The notes below the pieces were generated by a model. The model saw only the letters and a program-made list of their open reading frames with translations, ran no database searches and was not told where the DNA came from. 64,000 nucleotides of DNA from Macrostomum lignano (taxonomy: Eukaryota), in contig NIVC01001373.1 of the NCBI GenBank assembly GCA_002269645.1, forward strand, positions 1 to 64,000. The letters run 5' to 3'. This document shows positions 50,076 to 62,048 of this stretch, piece by piece (the stretch's first letter is position 1; each line of letters begins with the position of its first letter). A program made the translations under genes and the position numbers.

Positions 50076-53000
50076 GCAACCAAGGCCAAGCTGGTGTCGC
50101 GCAATGTCTGCTTGTCAGACCCCGCAGCGGCAGCAATAACGCCAAGTATGTAATGTCTTGAAGAAGACCAAGTTTTCATAGAGCGATTTATTTCTGGCTG
50201 TCTGCTTGTCTCCTAGAGGTGTGTGTGCGTGCGTGAGAGTTGCTTGCAAAAGAAACAGTTCTGCCTGTCCTCTTTTATTTTGTCCTCTTTATCTTACACA
50301 GCAAGACAGCTACGAAACTCCTAAGGAAAGTTTTCTATGCTTCTCTGGGTAAGGTCATCTAGCCTTGAGTCCACTTCAGATTCAGCCGATGTATAGCGTG
50401 GCTGCTTTGGAAGAGGGAGATTTGAAGCAAAAAATCTAGATCCAACACTGATAAAAAATCAGGTTTTAGTAGATCTTCTTGTCGAGGTTGAACAAAGAGG
50501 AACAAGGATCCGTGAGAGGAGTTTCGCTACGCAAAATTTGACGGCCCGGCGTCCAAAGCTGATGATGAAGACTTTGAAAGTGCATCCGGCTCGTTTCTGC
50601 TTTCCGTTCCACCGAAACTTGCCTCGGTTTCTTGCCTGCTTTTTCCTGTTGCCTCTCCTCTGAATCCGCCTAAACTAGCTGGGGCTCATCCAGCGTGGGG
50701 AAAAGGGGATTGGACCGTGGCACCGACCCCCCTCCCTGTTCCCATAACCAACTTTCGCCCATCTAAGCTGTCCGTGAAGACCCGGGCAGAACGAAATGGA
50801 ATCTTCTTCCTTGGCCGTTTTTTTTATCTGGACAATCAACGGGGGCGGAGGCGATTTTCCTGCCGCACTTGGGAGGGCATGCTTGTTCCCCCAGCGGCCC
50901 CGCCTCAGCCCGGCTTGTCCAGCGCTGAGGGGACTTGCTTCTAAACTGCGCCTGGCACACCTGCGCGGAGGAAGGAATTAGACAGATTAGGGCGATGCCC
51001 GGTGATGAAGGAGTCGCTCTCTGTCTGTCCTTCATCGGGGCTGGCCTTTCAAAACCGTTCGAACTTGAAAGTGGAGCTGCACGGACAAGGATAAAAAACT
51101 GCGGCAATCGGTAGGGGAGAGGGAGAAAAAGGGAGATGGACAGGCAAATTGCTTTGGGATCTTTCTTGCTCGAAATTGCTCAGAAAAAGGGGGAGAGGTG
51201 GAGAGAAAGAGAGGGAGAGGTCAGTAAGCAAGCGATCGTGCCGGAGGAGCGAACGCGGATTAAATAAAGAAGAAAAGGGGATATGATGAGAGGCGAAGGC
51301 TGAAAAGGAGGGACGGGAATAGCGCGGGACTTCACTTCGCTGCTAGGCCTCGGACTCGAACGCGCCATCGCTCTCTCCAACCTCCCAAGTGCTTGCTTCT
51401 CTTTCTGGGTTGGCCCCTTCAACCATAGCTGGGGCATTAAGCTTCTGACTCTTTTCCCTTTGCGTTCTCTCTTACTCAGCTGCCCCAGACACTTTGAGTG
51501 CGCGCTCAGACTCTCCCCTCCCTTCTCTCTCTCTCTCTCTGCTAGTGCTGCCTTTTGCTGAGCAAAGAGTTGCCTGGTTTCGAGGTGAGGGGGTGTTGCT
51601 CAAGAGGTTGGAACACCGGTGCAGCTCTCCTGCTGCCACAGTTCTGTGTGCGTGGCTGCGTGCGCAGCATCGACTGCTGTTATATCTGCTGACCGCCCAC
51701 GCTTGCTTTGCCGGAGCTCTAGTCTTTATTCGACTCGCTCTCCCCTCACTCTTGTCACTCTGCTTCACTCTCCTCACTCTCCATCACTCTTGTCACTCTG
51801 CTTCACTCTCCTCACTCTCCATCACTCTTGTCACTCTGCTTCACTCTCCTCACTCTCCATCACTCTTGTCGCTCTGCTTCACTCTCCTCACTCTCCATCA
51901 CTCTTGTCACTCTTCCCTCACTCTCCTCACTCTCCCCTCATTCTCCCCTCACTCTCCCGTCACTCTCCACCACTCTCCTCACTCTCCCTTCACTCTCCTC
52001 ACCCTCCCCTTACTCTCCATCACTCCATCACTCTCCCCTCGCTCTCCATCACTCCATCACTCTCCCATCACTCTCCCTTCACTCTGCTTCACTCTCCCCT
52101 CACTCTCCATCACTCTCCTCCCTCACTCTCCCCTCACTCTACTCCCCAGTCCAAACTCTAGTCTCAGTAGCCGGACAGGATCCGAGGCTGGGTTCGATTC
52201 CTGACTACCGGTCAAGCGGAAGGAATAAAATTAGAATTCCAGTCGAGTCTATTTCAGCCTGAAGATGGTCTCATGAAATATTAATAATAGGCATTGCTAC
52301 AGTAATATGGATTTAGTGCGTCCAAATTCCTAATTCAGCAAGTCTGAGACTCTGCCAGATAAGAGAGAGGAAGTCAAATTCTGCACGAATCACGAGCCAG
52401 GGTTGATGAGGCTGGATGCTGGCTGGCGCTGCCGCTCATTTGAGCAGCTCCTCTCGCCTCCCTTCAGATAAAATATTGGAATCGGGGCGCCGGGCCCATC
52501 AAATTTTGCTTCTATTTGCTTTTGCGCTCGGTCAGTCAGTCTGGCGTCCACGAATTGAAGCTCGGCTACCCCCCCCCCCCCTGTGTCCCCAGCCTTTGCC
52601 GCTCTTGTATATAGAGCAAATACAGTTGCGCTCCAGTTTATGATTTATTAATATTGTCCGTGCTTAGCCTGATAAAATTAGTGTGTAGTATAAGACGTAT
52701 TAGCCAGCTGCCAAGTTCGGGTTGGCTGTTTTAAACATCCAGACCCATTGTTTTATTAAACGGATGTTTTAGAAAGTGCAACGCTAAGCTTCACTTTCTC
52801 CTTTTTTCTAGCTTGCCGCCTGCCTATTTTCCTTCATCATCACTGCGGCTGACTCCCCCCTCCCAGTCTCCTTCTCTGTCTCCCTCCTTGGCTCTTGAAA
52901 TGTACATACGTGTACATAATATATATAATGCATAATGATATAGGAACGCAAAGGATTGGAAATAAAAAATAGAGTATAGGGAAGTTGAGAGAGAGTTTTT

Positions 53001-56000
53001 GATGGGAGAGGACAGGCAGAGAGAGAAGAGTGCTCTGTAGCGAGAACAGTGCCCCCCTGTCTGCGCAGCCAGTCAATAAACTGAATTGATTGAGCGGTCC
53101 AGATAGAGAGGAGCGGCTTGGCTGGAGGGGAATTCCGCGCAGTTCCTGCAGAACCTGCCACCCAGCACTCAGAGTCTTGCAGGCGTGAGAATTTCATCAG
53201 TTGCTAACTGATGGGGAGGGGCTTGAGCTCATCAGCTGAGATCTATCACCTTCCAGGTAGAATGGATTGATAGCTGGAGCAGATGTTGCGGTTTCAGGCC
53301 CGCAGGGTGTCACACCTGAGCCTGAATTCCGGCGAACAAATTAGCACTGAAACTGGCCGGGTGACTGCTGAGAATTCAGGCATTGCAACCTCACTCCATC
53401 TGGCTTAGCGGGGGGGGGCAACTGCGGGGCCGTGGGTGTTGACTATTCACCGCAATTCAGCGGAGTTTTGCCATCCATTTCCTGCTGGCGGATGAGGCTG
53501 CTTTTGTCTGTCTCCCAGCCTCCCGAACGACTCCACCCCAGTTTCCGCGCAACACACTTTGCAGTAGCAAGCTGTCATACTTTTTATATGATATTTTATT
53601 CTGTCTTATTTTTGCATCATCCGCGGGTCCCCCCCCCTCAGCCCCACTCCCATGGGAGCTCCGGGGTGCCGGGCATAGGGATGGCGGGTTTCCAGGGGCC
53701 AGCCCAGCGGATTGAATTAGGCAAGAAAGATAACACTACGCATTAGCAGTGCATCAGCACCGCTGCCCCGACCCTGGAGGTTAAGTTGCGGCCCGAACGG
53801 GGGGACTGGGGGCGCTTGCTAGTGAAAATATCGAAGATTTCCTACCGAATGCCTCGACTGGGTATTGAATCGTAGGCAAAGTGTGGGAATTTGGGGGGCA
53901 ATGAAGGGGAAGATTTTCAGGGTCCGGGGGGCATCTCTGACATTTCGCCTGTTTTCGTGTTTGTTGCTGCCGGGAGCTGCGGAGCGGAGGAGGCGCGACT
54001 GATTTTGCAATTGCCAGCTTGCCGAACCTGCCAGCTAGGGGAAGAAGCCCAGGCCAGATCCCCCTTCCCATCCGCCTTCCCCGCTGTGCGACCCTCGGCT
54101 GAGGTTGCTGAGCCCCGCTAAGAATCCAAAGTCAATCCCAGCTGGCTGCTGCTCCAGCCCGGACTCTGAATGAGAATGAGCCAGCGGCGGATAGAGCGGC
54201 CCAGTTTAGCGTGGCGGGGGAGCTGAAGGCTCAGGTGATGGGGTGGTGGCAGCTCGGCAGTGCGTGACTGCCAGGCCTCAGTTTCTGGGTGGACGGGGCC
54301 TGTCCACCTGAGCCTGAGTGAGTGAGAGATGGGGATCAGTGGGATCACGCAAGCTCCAGGGGCAGATTATGAATATCAAAAGCAGCTAATTGTACTGGGC
54401 GTTGCGTACCAACGCCAATTGCGTTTGTCCTTTCACCTGTCATTAATTTCTTGTGTTTTGTGAATTTCCACATAGAGTCACAAGCACAGGAAATCCCGGC
54501 TTCCCGATCCCACAGCTGGCTGCTCTAGTGTCAGCATCCCGATCCCACAGCTGGCTGCTCTAGTGTCAGCATCCCGACCCCCCACAGCTGGAAGCTCTAG
54601 TGTCAGCATCCCGATCCCACAGCTGGCTGCTCTAGTGTCAGCATCCCGATCCCCCACAGCTGGAAGCTCTAGTGTCAGCATCCCGATCCCACAGCTGGAA
54701 GCTCTAGTGTCAGCATCCCGATCCCACAGCTGGAAGCTCTAGTGTCAGCATCCCGATCCCACAGCTGGCTGCTCTAGTGTCAGCATCCCGATCCCACAGC
54801 TGGAAGCTCTAGTGTCAGCATCCCGATCCCACAGCTGGAAGCTCTAGTGTCAGCATCCCGACCCCCCACAGCTGGAAGCTCTAGTGTCAGCATCCCGACC
54901 CCCCACAGCTGGAAGCTCTAGTGTCAGCATCCCGATCCCCCACAGCTGGCTGCTCTAGTGTCAGCATCCCGATCCCCCACAGCTGGAAGCTCTAGTGTCG
55001 GCATCCTGATCCCCCACAGCTGGAAGCTCTAGTGTCAGCATCCTGATCCCACAGCTGGAAGCTCTAGTGTCAGCATCCCGATCCCACAGCTGGAAGCTAC
55101 ATCCCAATCCCAGCACAAGAAATCCTATTCCCAAATACCCCCATGCCACATAGGATAGATTGTTTATCCCACTCTCCTTGTGAATCTTCCCTTGCCTGTT
55201 TGCTTTTTCTTTCTCTGTTAGACGCAGGTGTCCAGAACTTAACTATCTGCAGTTATTTTGTAGCCTCCCTTTTTCCTTTAAGCTGTCATATCCGCTGTCC
55301 TTGCTGCGCATCGCTGAACAGTTTAAGGACTGAACGGCCCTCTGTCTCGCTTATCTATCCAAAAGCGAAATCTTTCCGACCTTTCCTTCCTTCTCCTTCC
55401 TTCCTCTTTCCAATATCTATCAGGACGGGTTTAGCGCAGTTTTCTTGCCAGCCAAATTCAAAAGATGGGCGTTGGGACTTGGGAACTTGAGAGATAGAGA
55501 AGAGAAGAGAGCGCTAAGGGAGAATCTCGTGCTTCACTTAGCTGCCCCTCTCCCGATCTCTTCAATGCACTTTGAGCTGCGCGCTGAGCTGGGCGCTAAA
55601 GCTCATCCTTTACCCTCTCTCCCTCTCCTTATCTCCTCCTCTCATTTGAAAGCTCCGTTGTCATCACAGCAGTGTCGGGTCGGCTTCTGCGGGCGAAGCG
55701 CAGAAGTCGAGCAGAGGCTTGGCGAGGCGCCAACGCAAGGCTAAGGGATGGCCTCGCTTTACTAGTAGTTAATTATTGAGGGCGTGAGTAGCGCTGCGGC
55801 CGCCTCTTCCTCATCCCCTTCTCAGTCTCTCTTTCTCTGCCGTCTCACGGGAGCAAAATTGCATATTGATGTGTTCCAACTGCTGCCTTCTTGCTTTCTA
55901 TTTATAAAGCTTTATGGTGATAATGGCAATAGGGGCGCCTTTGCAATCCGGCTTAGTGAATTTTCTAATTGGGAATGGGAGGTGAGCGGCCGAGAATGTG

Positions 56001-59000
56001 CTAGTGTTGGCCTCAGTGAGTGATGGGGGCGGAAGACCAGCCTCAGTGAGTGATGGGGGCGGAAGACCAGCCTCAGTGAGTGATAGGGGCGGAAGACCAG
56101 CCTCAGTGAGTGATGGGGGCGGAAAATCGGCCTCAGTGAGTGATGGGGGCGGAAAATCCGTCTCATTGAGTGATGGGGGCGGAAGACCAGCCTCAGTGAG
56201 TGATGGGGGTGGAAAATCGGCTTTAGTGAGTGATGGGGGCGGAAGACCAGCCTCAGTGAGTGATGGGGGCGGAAAATCGGCCTCAGTGAGTGATGGGGGT
56301 GGAAAATCGGCTTTAGTGAGTGATGGGGGCGGAAGACCAGCCTCAGTGAGTGATGGGGGCGGAAAATCGGCCTCAGTGAGTGATGGGGCGGAAAATCCGT
56401 CTCATTGAGTGATGGGGGCGGAAGACCAGCCTCAGTGAGTGATGGGGGCGGAAAATCCGTCTCATTGAGTGATGGGGCGGAAGACCAGCCTCAGTGAGTG
56501 ATGGGGGCGGAAAATCCGTCTCATTGAGTGATGGGGGCGGAAGACCAGCCTCAGTGAGTGATAGGGGGCGGAAGACCAGCCTCAGTAAAGTGTTGGGGTG
56601 GGGCGGAAGACCAGTCTCAGTGAGTGATAGGGGGCGGAAGACCAGCCTCAGTGAGTGATGGGGGCGGAAGACCAGCCTCAGTGAGTGATGGGGGCGGAAA
56701 ATCCGTCTCATTGAGTGATGGGGGCGGAAGACCAGCCTCAGTGAGTGATGGGGGCGGAAAATCCGTCTCATTGAGTGATGGGGGCGGAAGACCAGCCTCA
56801 GTGAGTGATGGGGGCGGAAGACCAGCCTCAGTGAGTGATGGGGGCGGAAAATCGGCCTCAGTGAGTGATGGGGCGGAAAATCCGTCTCATTGAGTGATGG
56901 GGGCGGAAGACCAGCCTCAGTGAGTGATGGGGGCGGAAAATCCGTCTCATTGAGTGATGGGGGCGGAAGACCAGCCTCAGTGAGTGATGGGGGCGGAAAA
57001 TCCGTCTCATTGAGTGATGGGGGCGGAAGACCAGCCTCAGTGAGTGATAGGGGGCGGAAGACCAGCCTCAGTAAAGTGTTGGGGTGGGGCGGAAGACCAG
57101 TCTCAGTGAGTGATAGGGGGCGGAAGACCAGCCTCAGTAAAGTGTTGGGGGCGGAAGACCAGTCTCAGTGAGTGTCGGGGGGCGGAAGACCAGCCTCAGT
57201 GAGTGTCGGGGGGCGGAAGACCAGCCTCAGTGAGTGTCGGGGGGGCGGAAGACCAGCCTCAGTGAGTGTCGGGGGGCGGAAGACCAGCCTCAGTGAGTGT
57301 CGGGGGGCGGAAGACCAGCCTCAGTGAGTGTCGGGGGGGCGGAAGACCAGCCTCAGTGAGTGTCGGGGGCGGAAGACCAGCCTCAGTGAGTGTCGGGGGC
57401 GGAAGACCAGCCTCAGTGAGTGTCGGGGGCGGAAGACCAGCCTCAGTGAGTGTCGGGGGGCGGAAGACCAGCCTCAGTGAGTGTCGGGGGCGGAAGACCA
57501 GCCTCAGTGAGTGTCGGGGGGCGGAAGACCAGCCTCAGTGAGTGTCGGGGGCGGAAGACCAGCCTCAGTAAAGTGTTGGAGGGGGCAGAAGTGATTCAGT
57601 GCAATTGTAAACACGCCAAATCGTTTAGCATGTGAGCAGCCTGTATTCTGCACTGCTGCTTCTTAGATATCAACTTGTTTGGCAGGTGACTTCTATTTTA
57701 ATCCACAAGCTCTGTTTATCAGCTACGAGTATATATATTCGAATAATTTTAGACTTGTGCAGTTCGAAATTCAGTGCCCCACTAAGTGTGAACAGGAGAG
57801 GCTGTTTAAAATTAAATTTGTGTGCTATTTTGTCAAGCGAATACTGCTAGTCTATCTATATGGATTTAGTTGGGTCAGTTTTGCCTACTGGAGCAGCGCC
57901 GCAAACAAAAGCTCAATGCCTTTCTAGTTTCGTGGGAATCCTTAAAATCGGTGTTCTACTAATCCTCTGCCTGGCGCACTGCATTGACAGGCCGGGCCTG
58001 AGGCTCTCTCAGTTCACCTCCGAGGTCTCATATTTCATTTTTTGAGCCCAACAATCGTCTCTGCTTCTGTAGTCTAGAAAGCTCTAGCTGCCGCTTTGAG
58101 GTTGAGGGGGGGGCGCCGGCTTTCCTAGCCGCATTTTCTGAGCTGGCCTGTGGGGAAGCTAAGGCTTCAGGTCTCGGGAAAGTTTTGAGTTTGCTGTTGC
58201 TGGGAATGAGAGAGGCCGCTGCGTAAGGAGAAACTTCTTTCTGGTGGGAGAAGAGGGGCAGAGAATAGAATAGAGGGGGGGGGGCGATATTGACGGCGGA
58301 AGTTGGGAAGGAACAATGCAAGCTTTTATGAAAAGAGGAAATTTGTGGCGAAGAAGTTGAAGCCCGGAACTCTGGCGCCCCGAGGCCACCCCCCCCCTCC
58401 GACCGCAGCCTTGCAGCAGCGGGCCGCCGCCTGTTTTTTACCTTGCATTCGGCATTGCGAAATTAATCCAATTTAAACTGCTCAAAGTTCCAATATTTTT
58501 TACATTCATCACTGGCATGGCGAAATTTTCCCTGGGTTGGTGGCTGGGGAAAAAAAGCAAAACGCATCAACATTCAGCCCGTTTGATCAGCTGCCGGAAA
58601 TTCAGCTTATATGAACAAAGCGAGTAGGCAGGTGGCGTGTGGCGCCGAATTTTCCTGGTTTATCGGCCTGTCCGACGCCCGCTAAGGGGTTGTGGGGAAT
58701 GAGTAATCGCTGCGAATAAGCGGCGCATTTGCTTAACGTGCTACTGACAGTAGACTGTTCAGTGTCTGAGCCTTTTTCTTTGAAATTTTCTCTGATTGCT
58801 TTTTTGCTTCCTCCGATCACCCCCCGCCTTTTCTCCGCTCTCTGCCGCCCCTTTTCTCCGCTCTCTGCCGCCCTTTTCTCCACTCTCTGCCGCCCCTGTT
58901 CTCCGCTCTCTACCACTCCCTATTCTCCGCTCTCTACCACTCCCTATTCTCCGCTCTCTACCACTCCCTATTCTCCGCTCTCTACCACTCCCTATTCTCC

Positions 59001-60015
59001 GCTCTCTACCACTCCCTATTCTCCGCTCTCTACCACTCCCTATTCTCCTCTCTCTACCACTCCCTATTCTCCGCTCTCTACCACTCCCTATTCTCCGCTC
59101 TCTACCACTCCCTATTCTCCGCTCTCTACCACTCCCTATTCTCCGCTCTCTACCACTCCCTATTCTCCTCTCTCTACCACTCCCTATTCTCCGCTCTCTA
59201 CCACTCCCTATTCTCCGCTCTCTACCACTCCCTATTCTCCGCTCTCTACCACTCCCTATTCTCCGCTCTCTACCACTCCCTATTCTCCGCTCTCTACCAC
59301 TCCCTATTCTCCGCTCTCTACCACTCCCTATTCTCCGCTCTCTACCACTCCCTATTCTCCGCTCTCTACCACTCCCTATTCTCCGCTCTCTACCACTCCC
59401 TATTCTCCGCTCTCTACCACTCCCTATTCTCCGCTCTCTACCACTCCCTATTCTCCGCTCTCTACCACTCCCTATTCTCCGCTCTCTACCACTCCCTATT
59501 CTCCGCTCTCTACCACTCCCTATTCTCCGCTCTCTACCACTCCCTATTCTCCTCTCTCTACCACTCCCTATTCTCCGCTCTCTACCACTCCCTATTCTCC
59601 GCTCTCTACCACTCCCTATTCTCCTCTCTCTACCACTCCCTATTCTCCTCTCTCTACCACTCCCTATTCTCCGCTCTCTACCACTCCCTATTCTCCGCTC
59701 TCTACCACTCCCTATTCTCCGCTCTCTACCACTCCCTATTCTCCGCTCTCTACCACTCCCTATTCTCCTCTCTTCCACCCCCATTCTCCGCTGGGCAATT
59801 AATTTCGCTAATGCCGCTAAACCGCCCAACCCGCAGAGGAGATGGAGCTGTCTGCCATGGACAGCAGCAACAGCAACGGCAGCGGCGTCGGCAGCGGCAG
59901 CTCCGTCGGTCGCGCCGTGGTCTGCGACAGCCCGGACTCCGGCTACGCCACCCCGCCAAGCTGCGGGGCCGCCACTGCCGCCGCCGCCGCGGCCGCCTCC
60001 ACAATTATGGCCTGA
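44412..60015 (+). CDS. MXD: MAX dimerization protein (Mad/Mxi family bHLH-ZIP repressor), 356 aa, 5 exons
   Basis: Exons 44412-44553 (Sin3-interaction domain GLVMLYEAAMLIE), 44651-45020 (RSSHNELEKNR, GC donor), 45801-45918 (RAHLRQCLDSLR...LNRSHSYLK), 49428-49689 (zipper), 59837-60015 (EEMEL...DSGY...TGA). Phases 1,2,0,1; total 1071 nt. The start could instead be ATG 44421, and the last exon is the least certain. Confidence 0.88.
48361..49395. repeat. 23-bp minisatellite (AGTCTCCAATCTCAGACCAATCT), ~45 copies, MXD intron 3
   Basis: Direct reading; ends ~30 nt before the exon 4 acceptor. Confidence 0.95.
50017..50070. repeat. (AG)n microsatellite
   Basis: Direct reading. Confidence 0.95.
51725..52145. 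repeat. CACTCT-based degenerate repeat, with ~41-bp higher units at the left end
   Basis: Direct reading. Confidence 0.85.
54503..55098. repeat. 35-bp minisatellite (CCCACAGCTGGAAGCTCTAGTGTCAGCATCCCGAT), ~17 copies, MXD intron 4
   Basis: Direct reading. Confidence 0.95.
56010..57575. repeat. 30-bp minisatellite (GCCTCAGTGAGTGATGGGGGCGGAAGACCA), ~50 copies, MXD intron 4
   Basis: Direct reading; 10-aa period in the overlapping ORFs. Confidence 0.95.
58899..59772. repeat. 24-bp minisatellite (CCACTCCCTATTCTCCGCTCTCTA), ~36 near-identical copies, end of MXD intron 4
   Basis: Direct reading; 8-aa period; diverged precursor-like units at 58830-58900. Confidence 0.97.
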
Positions 60016-61519
60016 AACGAAAAGAGGGCAGACGAAGCCCTTGACAGCCTGTGCAAAGTGTTTTGCTTGCTCCTCCTAGAAGCAGACAATAATAATAATT
60101 GATAAGCTGCCGGAGCCGCAACTGAAATAGCTGATCTCTTTTTCTACTCCGAAGCCCCTTGTTCCTCTCTGCGTAGCGAAGTTCGATACGATTAATATTC
60201 ACATTTATGTTTTTTATAGATCTTAGTTATTGACAGAATGTTTTAATTATTAATCATCATTTTTGAGTTCTTTTTTTGCGCACAGAGAAGGATTGAGCTC
60301 AACGAGCAGATGAAGAAAGCGGAACCCAGTTTGATTTTGAGCTGCATTATTACCTGACCCCCAGCAACTATATCTCGTTAGTAGCGTTGTGTCTCACTAT
60401 ATATATATTTTTTCTCTGCTTCTGTCGTTTTAATCTGTCTACTCATTACCAGTGAGTCGGAGCCAAGTTGTTTGTTAATGCTAATCCATTGAACTGCTGC
60501 CCCCCTTCAGTTCATGATTTGCACTGTCTCCCCCTTCTAGAGTTATTTTGTTACTGTCCCCTGTTTGCTTCTGTCTGCCGCCTGTCTCACCTTCATCTGC
60601 TCCCGGCTCCCTGTCCGTCTCTCCAGCTAATGCCGACAGCACAGTTTCTCAGGTTGATTAATTATTGAAATTGCTGTCCAGCTCGTGTGCGTCCGCGATC
60701 TAATCTGCACTCATTAAATAAGCTCTTGCCCTCCGTCAAATCCCCAACATTCTTTGTTCCATTCGTTTGACAGCGCAGCCCCTCCTGTCACAGTTTTTAC
60801 TTACTAGAGCTCGCCCAGCGTCAGTCATTTATTACGTAATCAGCAGTTGACTCCCGCCTACGCACCTTTTGCTGCAGTGAGCTGCAGTTATGCACAGGTA
60901 GCACTTTGGTATTGTAGCAATTGTGAGCCTGCGTATATTCTATACACATTAATATGCATCAACATATTTGTGTTTACTATTAATTATAATTATAAACTGA
61001 TAGCGCATATCGACGTTTGAAAATCTTTGCTGAGTTGACATGGAATTTGCGGATTATGTGTCTGCGTTTCTCTGCTTTCACTTCCTTTGGAGACTCGACT
61101 CCCTGGCTAGCGATGAGAGAGGAGATTAGAGAGAAGAGAGCTGAGGAGACGCAAACCTTGAGCGGGCCGGGTTGCTATTGTGAAATTTCAAAGGACCCCA
61201 GGGCCGGATAGAAAGGCTTCGCGGGCCGGAGTTTGTCGACCCCCGCCATAAATTGGCATCCTGAATAAGATTGTAACTAATTGAAAAGTAATAAATTGAT
61301 CCTTTTTTATTGATTCTGAGTCTCGACCGGCTTAGAGGTCAGGTTTATGTGTAGGTTTAGAGTAACATGATGGCAAAATGAAATAAAAAATAACAAATAC
61401 ATCAATTGTAAGCGCATTTAAAAATAGTGTTGCTTCTTGAGAAAAATAAGTCAGTTTGAACTTTTGGAAACAAAACAAAAAACTTTGATTTTGCTGAATT
61501 GCACACCCCAATCGCACAC

Positions 61520-61750
61520 CTCATAGCTCGAACCTCACCTCACTCCACACCCACCTCACTCCACACCCACCTCATTTCACACCCACCTCATTTCACACCC
61601 ACCTCACTCCACTCCACACCCACCTCACTCCACACCCACCTCACTCCACTCCACACCCACCTCACTTCACACCCACCTCATTCCACACCACCTCACTCCA
61701 CACCCACCTCACTTCACACCCACCTCACTCCACACCCACCTCACTCCACG
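61520..61750. repeat. ~17-bp CCTCACTCCACACCCAC degenerate repeat
   Basis: Direct reading. Confidence 0.85.
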
Positions 61751-62048
61751 TACATCCACCTCGCTCCAACTGCACCTATCCTAAATATTAGCCATCAGTA
61801 AATAATCAGCAAAATGCAAGAAGTCTAATTCATACCGATAATAATACCAACCAGTTAGCGTATAACCAAGTGCGTGAAAATCAATTCAAAAGAGCGGGGG
61901 AACCGAAAGTTGAAAACAGCGATAAAAGATGACAAACTGCGCGTTGTGCCGAGAACTGCGCGGTAAAAAACACCTGATCAAGTCTAGTAGCCAAGTATTT
62001 AATAATTCCTTTGGAATCGCCTGCAAATAGTGAGTTTGCGGCCATGAG

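Noticed and set aside
58729-60079. ORFs of 356-427 aa (TTPYSPLS, LPILRSLP, GRERRIGS repeats)
   Set aside because: Translations of the 24-bp array; only 59837-60015 is supported as an exon.
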